64,000 nucleotides of DNA from a virus: positions 1 through 64,000 of the IMG/VR virus record IMGVR_UViG_3300030406_003150; one strand, given 5' to 3'. A program made the position numbers and the translations under genes. Under the pieces are notes generated by a model that had not been told where the DNA came from, ran no database searches, and saw only the letters and a list, made by a program, of their open reading frames with translations. Positions 56,901 through 64,000 of this stretch are shown piece after piece. Within the stretch, counting starts at the first letter, position 1; every line of letters begins with the position of its first letter.

Positions 56901-58642
56901 TACTCTATTGCTTCCTTTATAGTTCGGAATCCCTGACCCCAGTTGTTCTGATCTGAAGTTTCAGATGGGTCCGTTGTATCGTATGCAGCATACTGTCCGC
57001 TATCAGTTTTCCTAAGTAAAAAGTCACCATCTGGATGTCTTATAACGTAAGTTCCATCAGATATCTTTTCTCTTTTCACCTTCTTTACAGCCTCTGGTTG
57101 AACTGGCTCTGGCTGAACCTCGATAGGTTCTGGCTGCTTGGGCTCAATCGGCTCCACCTTAGCCGCCTCTACAGCGCGGTTAATTATTTCGTCAATCTCT
57201 GAGTCAATCTCGCTGAGTCTGTTCTTCCCCGACTTCAGCTTCGAGTTTACATATTTCTCGCGCTCCGTCTCCAAATCTACCAGCCTAGATCTATCCTCGC
57301 CCTTCACTCGTGGGTCAATCTCTGCGTCGATCTCTGCTTTGCGCTTCTTGGATGCAATCAAAGCGCTCACCTCAGCATCGTTCTTGACTTCTATCTTGTC
57401 AAGCAACCCAGCCTTAATCTGTTCATTCGTAGCGGTATTCACTACGTCAAGCACCTCGTTTCTGTTAGCAGCGCCCTTGTTTATGGAGTACTTAGGCGGG
57501 TTCAGAAGCACTGTGCCTACAGAGATAGGTGCTGTAGCCAGCCCAGCTACGCCTTCAAATCCAATCTCAGCTACGTCAAGCTCCTGACCAACAGCCACCC
57601 TTGCAGCGGTCTCTCCAGCAGCTCCAGACACAGACTCTCCAGCAAGGCCCACGCCAGTAGTCTTCAGCTTGCTGCCCGTCTTGGCAAGCACCTTGCCGCC
57701 CACCGATCGTACCACCCTGCCTCCGATGGCATCAAACACGCCAACAGTAGCACCCTTAGTCAGAGCCTTATTTCGCATTCTAGCGTAGGCTTCTGGGTCC
57801 TGCATCACAGCGAGCACGTTATCTACGTTGAACTCTCTCTCGCCTAGCTCCTCGTTCAGGAATTCTGAAAAAGAAGCAGCCGTCTCCAGCGTCCCACTCA
57901 TCACACCGAGGGCAGTAGGCATAGTGGCAGCAATACCTGCGGCAGTGCCTACGCCTGGGGCTACAGAGCCAGCAACAGCTCCGCCACCCATAATGGCAGC
58001 ACCTTCTGCTAAAGATACTTTGTTCGCCATGCCAGCCATGGACTGCAAGAATATCTCAGGGAGTACGCTAGGGTTATTTGCCAGCCCCTTGAAGAACCCG
58101 AATGGTCCGCTACCGTTCTCTTCGTAAATCTTGTTGAACGAGCGCATCTCGTCGCTCATACCTACGCTCTCTTGCTGGCGCTGCCAGTCCTTTACAGTAT
58201 CTACGTAAGTCTGTACAGTCTCTCTGTCTACGTCTGTGCCACCGTACATAAGCTTGAGGGTCTCGTCTATCTTGGCACCTTCGCCCTGACCAGTGTAAAT
58301 GGCTCTGGCTGTGTCGTCAATGAAGTCCCCCACTACTGGGATGGAGTTTAGAAACTCACCAAACGATCCTCCAATAAAGTTTTTCTCTGCTTCTGGGTTA
58401 GGATTTGTGACTTGTGTGAAGTCCAAATCTGTAGAGGCCACCTCGGAATCTGGCATAAACGCCATAAAAGGGTTTTGAGAGAGCGATTCCGAAGAGTCTT
58501 TTTTTTTTACGATCATGTCCTGGTAGACAGGATACTTCTCCAGCATCCTGTTAGCCAAGTCAAGGTTATCTAAGGCCTCGTACTGAGGGTACTTAGACTT
58601 AATCATTTGAGCGAACTCCTCTAATGTGTACTTATCCTCCAT
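53975..58642 (-). CDS. Large internal virion/ejection protein, copy B (1555 aa)
   Basis: N-terminal region aligns by eye to the 3026-aa protein (EIFLQS, EFLNEEL, AVGQE, GLATAP...PKY); Pro/Glu linker repeats. Confidence 0.7.
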   Translation of the reverse strand: MEDKYTLEEFAQMIKSKYPQYEALDNLDLANRMLEKYPVYQDMIVKKKDSSESLSQNPFMAFMPDSEVASTDLDFTQVTNPNPEAEKNFIGGSFGEFLNSIPVVGDFIDDTARAIYTGQGEGAKIDETLKLMYGGTDVDRETVQTYVDTVKDWQRQQESVGMSDEMRSFNKIYEENGSGPFGFFKGLANNPSVLPEIFLQSMAGMANKVSLAEGAAIMGGGAVAGSVAPGVGTAAGIAATMPTALGVMSGTLETAASFSEFLNEELGEREFNVDNVLAVMQDPEAYARMRNKALTKGATVGVFDAIGGRVVRSVGGKVLAKTGSKLKTTGVGLAGESVSGAAGETAARVAVGQELDVAEIGFEGVAGLATAPISVGTVLLNPPKYSINKGAANRNEVLDVVNTATNEQIKAGLLDKIEVKNDAEVSALIASKKRKAEIDAEIDPRVKGEDRSRLVDLETEREKYVNSKLKSGKNRLSEIDSEIDEIINRAVEAAKVEPIEPKQPEPIEVQPEPVQPEAVKKVKREKISDGTYVIRHPDGDFLLRKTDSGQYAAYDTTDPSETSDQNNWGQGFRTIKEAIEYADRLGVSKPTEQPVQPEAVETPAEPTEAPEQPKQEYPTWRFDEEALLQEAQPKSQMSRLKKLFHRKRGTISLNGKTYDKFSLNRSARRLWNRTFKSNAGANNEVAEIYRQLNRDIAAYNDKINVEANAINDLRKKASKGANENLTNSRYDRINQYLTGDKEVDLSFLDQKDLQVLDYSRERIDTLSKHIVNVLQQKLKEGVKTEKQKKATEELIETIQFNNGQYIKRSFEAFTDPKYLKGFMMPYGEMNDVARKKFDGAVEYLQTAEGLSFEQAQAEVVKYIDDLVRGEGSEMAVGRAGAAAARFLRKRKDIPEAFRELLGEAKDPLFNYANTTEQLSGFLASIDYQQNLSDAVLGMGIATATPKPGYTKLAPNSNDWSYLKDLYVPIEFKEAMDALGPLETVNNNLYNSLVRLASYGKLSKTVLSPTTTFRNLYSGILLGLNSGHIFAMSPDRIGKSAAMAWGPVRNKKQLQKEREELIKLGVIGDATRSGELMATLNDFSSSYGDPRRVATGKKAFDFAKKAYAFGDDFYKTTGFYEEKAKLMDSGMSELDAINKAAERIRGGYPTYSYIPPTIRKIRRNPFVGSFVSFPYEVVRTTKNNLLYAVEDLQAGRTRMAMSRLAGMTMATVGIGALSTASKHLLGLTDEDDERIRSLVPFYQEDSELLYMGKDENSATFIDGTALFPSEVVIKPIRILLENPQDETVGKRAVDALEEALGPYVGFDLTSKALLELFKNENSFGNAIYSEGEKVSSIPIVNGVFNDPKAMVNYLAKKAGPGVYNNAQEMARALEISPEIFGEKVSTYREYKPEDALLGFLGFRQSTVNYYQAVKNKIREEKGIMSELQSQQLKSLSTNRIMSENEIQKAFSAYKQAQDKFNNTVLGYAETGRTLGMAEDKIGSSFSDGGMSKRDVDQILRGGAIPMSIVSKQRYNNKIESLEANKAIYGDERVQEMIDMYTANVEAFNALVQAQEQ

Positions 58643-58643
58643 A

Positions 58644-60083
58644 CTATTGTTGTTGCCTCAGAATTCCCAGTGGATCGTCGTTTACTGACGCTTGAGTTCC
58701 CGCAGCGGGTTGTTGTTCATCCTGACCCTGGAAGTAGCTGACGTTTCTTATAGCTCTATCTGGGTCCAACAGCATTTCAAGGGTAAGCTCACCCTCATAC
58801 GCCTCGTTCATAGCTTGTCTAAGCTGCTCAAGGATGTCTTGCTCCTGCTCATTAGGCTGTGCATAGTTCACTCTGTATTCACCCTTTAGGCCACCTTTAA
58901 TAACAAGCATGTCCATCTCTGGGAAGACCTGAATGGTCCTAACTTTCTCGTTTACAATTGGAGTCTTCTTCAGCCTAATTTTACTGGCGTCATCATAAGG
59001 GGACTCTTTGTACAATGGGTCGTACTCAGGGTTCGGTAAGTCAAGACCTTTACCCTTCTCAAGCTCAGTCATTACGTAGTTTTGCCCTACAGCATCTTGA
59101 TCTGGACCCAATGTATCGGCAAATCGTCCATACTGTTGGAGCTCCTCCTGAGTGATCTCAGCCCTGGTTCTGTTCTCGATTACATCTACAGAAAGCTGCT
59201 TAGACGAACCGCCCGTAGCGTCGGGTTTGTCCATCCCCAACAAATCTAGAGCAGCTTCAACATATCTGTTTTTGAAATCAATAACACCTGCCTCAAGATC
59301 AGAGTAAAAGTTATTTGCGCTAGCAGAATAAACCTTACTGGTGTCATATTTATCAAGCATATCGTCCTTTATATCCGCTCTAATTTTTTCAGGGGGCTCA
59401 CCAGCGGCTACCAAATCATTAGCAGTAGCACGATAAAGAGCAGCAAACTGTTCAGGTGTTACATTATCCTGAGGGCCAAAGTCCCGCGTATAGTAGCCCT
59501 GTCTATTAATGCCTGGAGCGTTTAATATATTTCCAATCTCACCGAGTGACTCTCCGCTAGCACCTACATACTGAGCAGTAATGCTTCCATCAGGATTTAC
59601 AGTGTATTCACCAATACCGCCAGCGTCATATTCGGCATCGTGCTCTAAAAGTTGTGCTGCGTCACCTGTAAACTTTGAAGTTTCAGTATCTAGTGATCCT
59701 ATCTGATATACGCCCTTCTCATATTCTTTTCTTTGTGGAGCAACCTCTTCAGCGTGGTTCTTGAAAAAATCATAAGAAATTGACACATTATCGAATATGG
59801 TGCTTGCCATGGGGTCACCGTTTCGGAACGCATTGGCCGCCAATAGTCTTTGCTCTTCAAAAATATCTCTATGTTTTTCAGCCCACCCACTAGTATCGTA
59901 GCCTCGGAGTTCTTTTAGATTCTCATCTCGCTGCCTTCTTCTAGCGGTTTCTCTAGCTAGATTGTTTCTAGCAGCAGCAGCCATCAAAGGGCCTAGGTTT
60001 TGTGTGCCCTGAGTTATTGCCTCACTAAATGTTTTGCTAGGCTGTAAAGGGGCTACGTAAGCTGGAACTGGACCGTTTGCCAT
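58644..60083 (-). CDS. Internal virion/ejection protein, positional paralogue of 9585-12005
   Basis: Same slot in gene order; acidic and helical; no lysozyme-like tail. Confidence 0.5.
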   Translation of the reverse strand: MANGPVPAYVAPLQPSKTFSEAITQGTQNLGPLMAAAARNNLARETARRRQRDENLKELRGYDTSGWAEKHRDIFEEQRLLAANAFRNGDPMASTIFDNVSISYDFFKNHAEEVAPQRKEYEKGVYQIGSLDTETSKFTGDAAQLLEHDAEYDAGGIGEYTVNPDGSITAQYVGASGESLGEIGNILNAPGINRQGYYTRDFGPQDNVTPEQFAALYRATANDLVAAGEPPEKIRADIKDDMLDKYDTSKVYSASANNFYSDLEAGVIDFKNRYVEAALDLLGMDKPDATGGSSKQLSVDVIENRTRAEITQEELQQYGRFADTLGPDQDAVGQNYVMTELEKGKGLDLPNPEYDPLYKESPYDDASKIRLKKTPIVNEKVRTIQVFPEMDMLVIKGGLKGEYRVNYAQPNEQEQDILEQLRQAMNEAYEGELTLEMLLDPDRAIRNVSYFQGQDEQQPAAGTQASVNDDPLGILRQQQ

Positions 60084-61042
60084 TACGCTTCATTAAATTG
60101 TGGTTCCTCTAAAAACTTAGCGGCTTTGAATAGTTCAAGCAGCTGCTCGTAAGTAGGCTCCTCTTTATTGATCATAGCATACGCCTCTTGCAAGCCTGAC
60201 GACTGCTCTGGGTTAATGATAAACTCACCCCCCGTAGCTTCGGCTTCTTTTACGCCAGTCTCTTCGTCTACGATAGCCTTCTTGTTGGTGCTGTGATCGA
60301 ACTCTCCCCCTAGCTTTTGCACTGGGGGCTGCTTTGAATCTTGCAATATTGCAATCATCACATCTTCTTTCATCTCTCCTCCGTGACCGTACTTTATCTT
60401 GCCTCCTTTTTCCTTCGTAATGTCTCCAAAAGCCCCAGCCCCAGCAAGTGCGGTTCCAATGCCAAGGATGTTCTGTAAGGCCCCAGGAAAAGCAGAAGCC
60501 TTCTGAGCTTTAAGCTGTTCTATGTTCTGAGCAGCTGTAGCTTCAGATCCCATGGCTCTTTGCAGCTTGAGTTGCTCTAAGTTTCTCTGTAAATCTATGT
60601 TACCAGTCAAAGCGGCTTGTTCTAACCCAGCTAATCTACCCTCTGCTGCTAGCTCTCTAGACAAATCGGCTTGCTGTGCAGCCGTAGTTGCCTGTTGAGT
60701 AGCCTGTGTGAGTCCTGGTACAGCCCCCATCAAAGCTCTAGGGTCAGTAGCTAAAGCCTCTAACGCAGTAGCCTGCTGTGCAGCTATAGGTGACAAGTCT
60801 GTAGGGCGCATACCCGCCTTAGCCAGTTGTTTTTCTGCCTCGGAAACGGTGTACTTTACGTCAGCCAACGAGCCAAAAGCAGACTGAACGTCTTGCCTGG
60901 CTTGGTCTAAAAGAGGCTGCTGAGCTTTTATTCTTTTTTTAGCAGTAAAAAAATCCGCAATACCCCCTGCTAATGGAATTCCGACGCCAGCTATAATCGC
61001 AGCAAGTTGTCCACCCGTTAAGTATTTCTTGGTTTCAGCCAT
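60083..61042 (-). CDS. Small internal virion/ejection protein, copy B
   Basis: GEFDH...EATGGEFIINPEQ shared with 11995-13005. Confidence 0.65.
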   Translation of the reverse strand: MAETKKYLTGGQLAAIIAGVGIPLAGGIADFFTAKKRIKAQQPLLDQARQDVQSAFGSLADVKYTVSEAEKQLAKAGMRPTDLSPIAAQQATALEALATDPRALMGAVPGLTQATQQATTAAQQADLSRELAAEGRLAGLEQAALTGNIDLQRNLEQLKLQRAMGSEATAAQNIEQLKAQKASAFPGALQNILGIGTALAGAGAFGDITKEKGGKIKYGHGGEMKEDVMIAILQDSKQPPVQKLGGEFDHSTNKKAIVDEETGVKEAEATGGEFIINPEQSSGLQEAYAMINKEEPTYEQLLELFKAAKFLEEPQFNEA

Positions 61043-61048
61043 CGTTTA

Positions 61049-61056
61049 CAAATTTA
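61049..61056 (-). promoter_or_regulatory. -7 box TAAATTTG, 6 nt before ATG 61042
   Basis: TAnnTTTG at the position equivalent to 13013-13020. Confidence 0.55.
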
Positions 61057-62055
61057 AGCGTTTTGATTTAAACCCTTATCTAGCTTAGAAAAGGCGTATT
61101 CTGCGTTAATAGAGTGAAGTTCCAAAGGTTTTGAGCTAGCAGATTCTAACCTAAGGTTTAAATATGGACCCCTCATCTCATCACCGTTGATTTCAGCTGG
61201 AGAAACAGCAAAAAGGTTTGAAGCTGTAGTAAGATACTGCTCAAAAGCTTGGAGGTATAATGTAATAAAACTAGAATCACCTAAGAAATTTGACGGGATA
61301 GGCAAACTTAAAGTCATAACTCCATTACCAATAGAAACAATGTTTATATCAAGCCCCAATAATGAATTCTCTAGCACTATAAAAGGAGGAGTAACAGAAG
61401 AAAAAGAAGAAAGTGTTTGCAACTGACCTGACAAATCGGGATCATCAAAAGAAGCCAAGAGAATTATTGAGTTGCCAAAAGGAGCCGAAGGAAAAGAGCT
61501 TACCTCTATGGCATTTAGATTTACATCGACTAACACATTAGGGTTACCTTCTAGAAGTATCTCTTGCAAAACCTCTGAAAACAGTCCTTCTATGGAAGTA
61601 GCGCCAGGTACAGGAACTATGTTAGCACTAGAGTTCAACCTAGATCTTGGGACCTCCAAATACTTAAACCCTTCTTTGTCCTCAAGGATCTTAGATGTCA
61701 ACAAACTTTGCTGATTGTTTGAGTCGTCGTACTCTTGGTTAGTGCTAAATATGTATGACCAATTATTTCTGTTCGTCTCTAAAGAAACAGACTTAAATAT
61801 CTTTACAGAAGAGGGGTCATCATTAAAAGATAGCTCTATACTAGACTTGTTTTTAACTCCATAGAAGTCATTTCTAGCTGAGTTCTTGTCATGCAGCCAC
61901 GCTGTGCCTATGTTGTCTTTAAACGACAGCATTTCGTCACCAGAGGAAGCGTAACAAGTCGGGACAAAAGAGTACCTAGTTGTCCAAGCGCTTTGCCTTT
62001 CTGAGTAAGCAAACGTAGCTTCAAACCCGTTTGATGTTAAAGGTATATCTGCCAT
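61054..62055 (-). CDS. C-terminal part of split tail stabilisation protein, copy B
   Basis: WTTRYSFVP, N.FYG, PSSVKIF..VS.E, KEG..Y...PR, MRG, LELHSIN match the C-terminus of 13022-17581. Confidence 0.75.
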   Translation of the reverse strand: MADIPLTSNGFEATFAYSERQSAWTTRYSFVPTCYASSGDEMLSFKDNIGTAWLHDKNSARNDFYGVKNKSSIELSFNDDPSSVKIFKSVSLETNRNNWSYIFSTNQEYDDSNNQQSLLTSKILEDKEGFKYLEVPRSRLNSSANIVPVPGATSIEGLFSEVLQEILLEGNPNVLVDVNLNAIEVSSFPSAPFGNSIILLASFDDPDLSGQLQTLSSFSSVTPPFIVLENSLLGLDINIVSIGNGVMTLSLPIPSNFLGDSSFITLYLQAFEQYLTTASNLFAVSPAEINGDEMRGPYLNLRLESASSKPLELHSINAEYAFSKLDKGLNQNA

Positions 62056-62060
62056 GGATG

Positions 62061-64000
62061 TTACAGATTAAAAGCTGGGTCATTTAAACTGTACGAAGTG
62101 CCTTGCTCTTGCGTTCCAAATCCCCAAGTGCCTAACATGTTTAATAAATCTGCAGCGCTAATTTGATTGTCTTCGTTAGAATCAGCTTTTGCAGCTAACT
62201 TAACGTAGCTAGCAAGATAGAAATACTGTGCTACAGTCATAGTCCCATCGTCTATCAACCACAATATTGTTTCTAAAGAAGACGGTCCAGCAGGAATTCC
62301 TCCTTGGTCTGGAGTTGGCGTGCTAGCAAAGGCAGGTTCGTCAGGATCGGTTGTTACTCCGAATACTTGAAGCATTTGAATTAAATCAAAAGTATTTACT
62401 GGTCCCTGTTCGTTTAGGTTAAGACTAAAGTTGTCATTGATTTGAGCTCTAAGCAGGTGGTACTCCCCTACTGTAAGCTCATTCTGAACAAACAAATAGT
62501 TTATGGCTCCATCAACACTTTTAAAGTAGTTTACCGTAGTCGGCTTTGGTTTACTTGGAGGTGGTGGGGTAGCTTTAGGTAGCGGAGGAGTGGATGTTGC
62601 TGGTATCAAACCAGAGAACATACCAGTGCCTTCAATGTACTCCTCTCCAAAATTTTCAGCGAACAGTAAAAAATCACCAACCGTATCAATCAGTTGGTTT
62701 CCATTTAAATCAAACCTAGCCATCTTTACGTTGGTTTGATTGTCCACTGCGCTCTCCATGAAGTTTCTTAAATCTAATAGCGTAGGCTCACCTGCGGTGC
62801 CTTGTAAGTCTTGTAGGTATTGGAATGCTAATTCTTTGCTCATGTCTTGATCTGTTAAGTCAGTTCCATAAAAATCATTGTATGCTTGTGTAAACGGAGA
62901 AAGCGCTTCACCGTCAGAGTCATCTTCCGATCCGTCATCACCATTACCTTCATCTTCTGATTCTTTAAACAAAACGGTTAGTGGTAAATCTAGAATTGGT
63001 GTGTCTGGGTCGTTGCTGTATATCTCTAAGAAGCTATTTATTGGTCCATCTTCCTCTGGAATTATGATAGAAATCAATATTGTTTCTGATCCACTAGGCT
63101 GTATCACCATTGGATTGTCGGCGCTAACATTAGCGTTAGCAGAGACCAACTCAAAGTTTATGGCCTCACCATCGTTTATATCAAAGTCGGTTATAATCAG
63201 ATTGGCTGATCCAGTATTAGATACTATTACCTGTTTTGGAGTAACAGTGTCTGTAAGGGTTAGCACTCCGAAATCTAAAACATCCGAAGGGTTTATTACT
63301 ATGTTTGGCTCAAGCTCTTCTACGGGAGTTACATCATCTTCTTGCGTCTCTTGGACAACCTCTTGGACAAAGCTTGTGCTCCTTACGGGGATGTTTACAA
63401 TGGACAACAAATACTCTTCTTTTAGAGTATCATAGCCTCCTACTACGCGGACATTATCACCTACTTCTATGGCTTTTTGTAAAGAAGCTCTAATCAAAGA
63501 AGACATACCCTTCTCAGATATTTCTTCAACACCAGACTGCCTAGTAAATCTGTAAACTTTAGACAGAGATTTATTACAGAAGTAAACTTGCTGACCTGAA
63601 TCATAAACAGAAGAAGGATCATCATCACATCCTGAAACACCAGGGTATGCTATAACTTCTCCAAGCACATTTAGTGAAGCTATAATCTGTTGATTGCCTG
63701 AAGCATCCGACAGCACATTTTTGTTTACAGGAACGATACTGACTTTTTCTTTCTGAATGACTACTATGTAATCGTTGTGGTTGGCTATGTACTCTATATC
63801 TCCGTAACGATCTGATAAGTCTTTGAAGTTTGCTAGAGAAGAGTTAAAAGAAGAATACCTGATTCTAAATGATTCAGGGTTACTAGGGTCTGAGTAAGTT
63901 ATAGTAGCCTCCCTTTTAGTCTCTGCTGCATCTTCGAATATGACGTTTGGTCTACCTCTAGAAAAAGAATCTGATTTAAATAAATCTGTAGCGGACTGCG
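62061..64000 (-). CDS. Tail stabilisation protein, copy B (5'-partial), with appended Ig-like and dockerin/EF-hand-like repeats
   Basis: Frame stays open to the window edge (ITYSD...YSSFNSSLANF...VPVNKN, ISEKGMSS, GGYD) and is homologous to copy A; followed by SNTG.A.L.I...I.SNDPD and D.N....I...D repeats. Confidence 0.75.
   Translation of the reverse strand, partial: QSATDLFKSDSFSRGRPNVIFEDAAETKREATITYSDPSNPESFRIRYSSFNSSLANFKDLSDRYGDIEYIANHNDYIVVIQKEKVSIVPVNKNVLSDASGNQQIIASLNVLGEVIAYPGVSGCDDDPSSVYDSGQQVYFCNKSLSKVYRFTRQSGVEEISEKGMSSLIRASLQKAIEVGDNVRVVGGYDTLKEEYLLSIVNIPVRSTSFVQEVVQETQEDDVTPVEELEPNIVINPSDVLDFGVLTLTDTVTPKQVIVSNTGSANLIITDFDINDGEAINFELVSANANVSADNPMVIQPSGSETILISIIIPEEDGPINSFLEIYSNDPDTPILDLPLTVLFKESEDEGNGDDGSEDDSDGEALSPFTQAYNDFYGTDLTDQDMSKELAFQYLQDLQGTAGEPTLLDLRNFMESAVDNQTNVKMARFDLNGNQLIDTVGDFLLFAENFGEEYIEGTGMFSGLIPATSTPPLPKATPPPPSKPKPTTVNYFKSVDGAINYLFVQNELTVGEYHLLRAQINDNFSLNLNEQGPVNTFDLIQMLQVFGVTTDPDEPAFASTPTPDQGGIPAGPSSLETILWLIDDGTMTVAQYFYLASYVKLAAKADSNEDNQISAADLLNMLGTWGFGTQEQGTSYSLNDPAFNL

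Noticed and set aside
53536-64000. Terminal direct repeat or assembly wrap-around of 77-17581
   Set aside because: The copies are highly divergent and have different downstream genes, so this is not an identical repeat (a chimera is still not excluded)

Overview
The window is about 64 kb of a lytic short-tailed (podovirus-type) dsDNA phage. Its host is almost certainly a Bacteroidota/Flavobacteriia species, judged from TAnnTTTG promoters, A-rich non-Shine-Dalgarno leaders and a Q-rule signal peptide. The minus strand from 37.8 kb down to 1 is the late arm: endolysin, GroES-like co-chaperonin, two tRNAs flanking an HNH gene, terminase, portal, tail fibres, small basic proteins, scaffold, major capsid, ring proteins, tail stabilisation protein, three ejection proteins (up to 3026 aa) and a holin. 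An ORF-poor junction at 37.9-38.5 kb (possible terminus or origin) precedes a plus-strand early/replication arm (38.6-51.7 kb). From 64 kb down to 51.7 kb the minus strand carries a SECOND, divergent copy of the stabilisation/ejection/holin module. Two features stand out. (1) The early arm has an RNA layer the ORF track misses: two covarying type I hammerhead ribozymes exactly 320 nt apart that bracket one small gene, a 130-nt tRNA-like RNA with non-canonical arms, an adjacent H-type pseudoknot and a structured leader. (2) Two paralogous tail-tip/ejection modules accompany only one visible set of head genes. All protein assignments come from motif recognition by eye; no database search was run.
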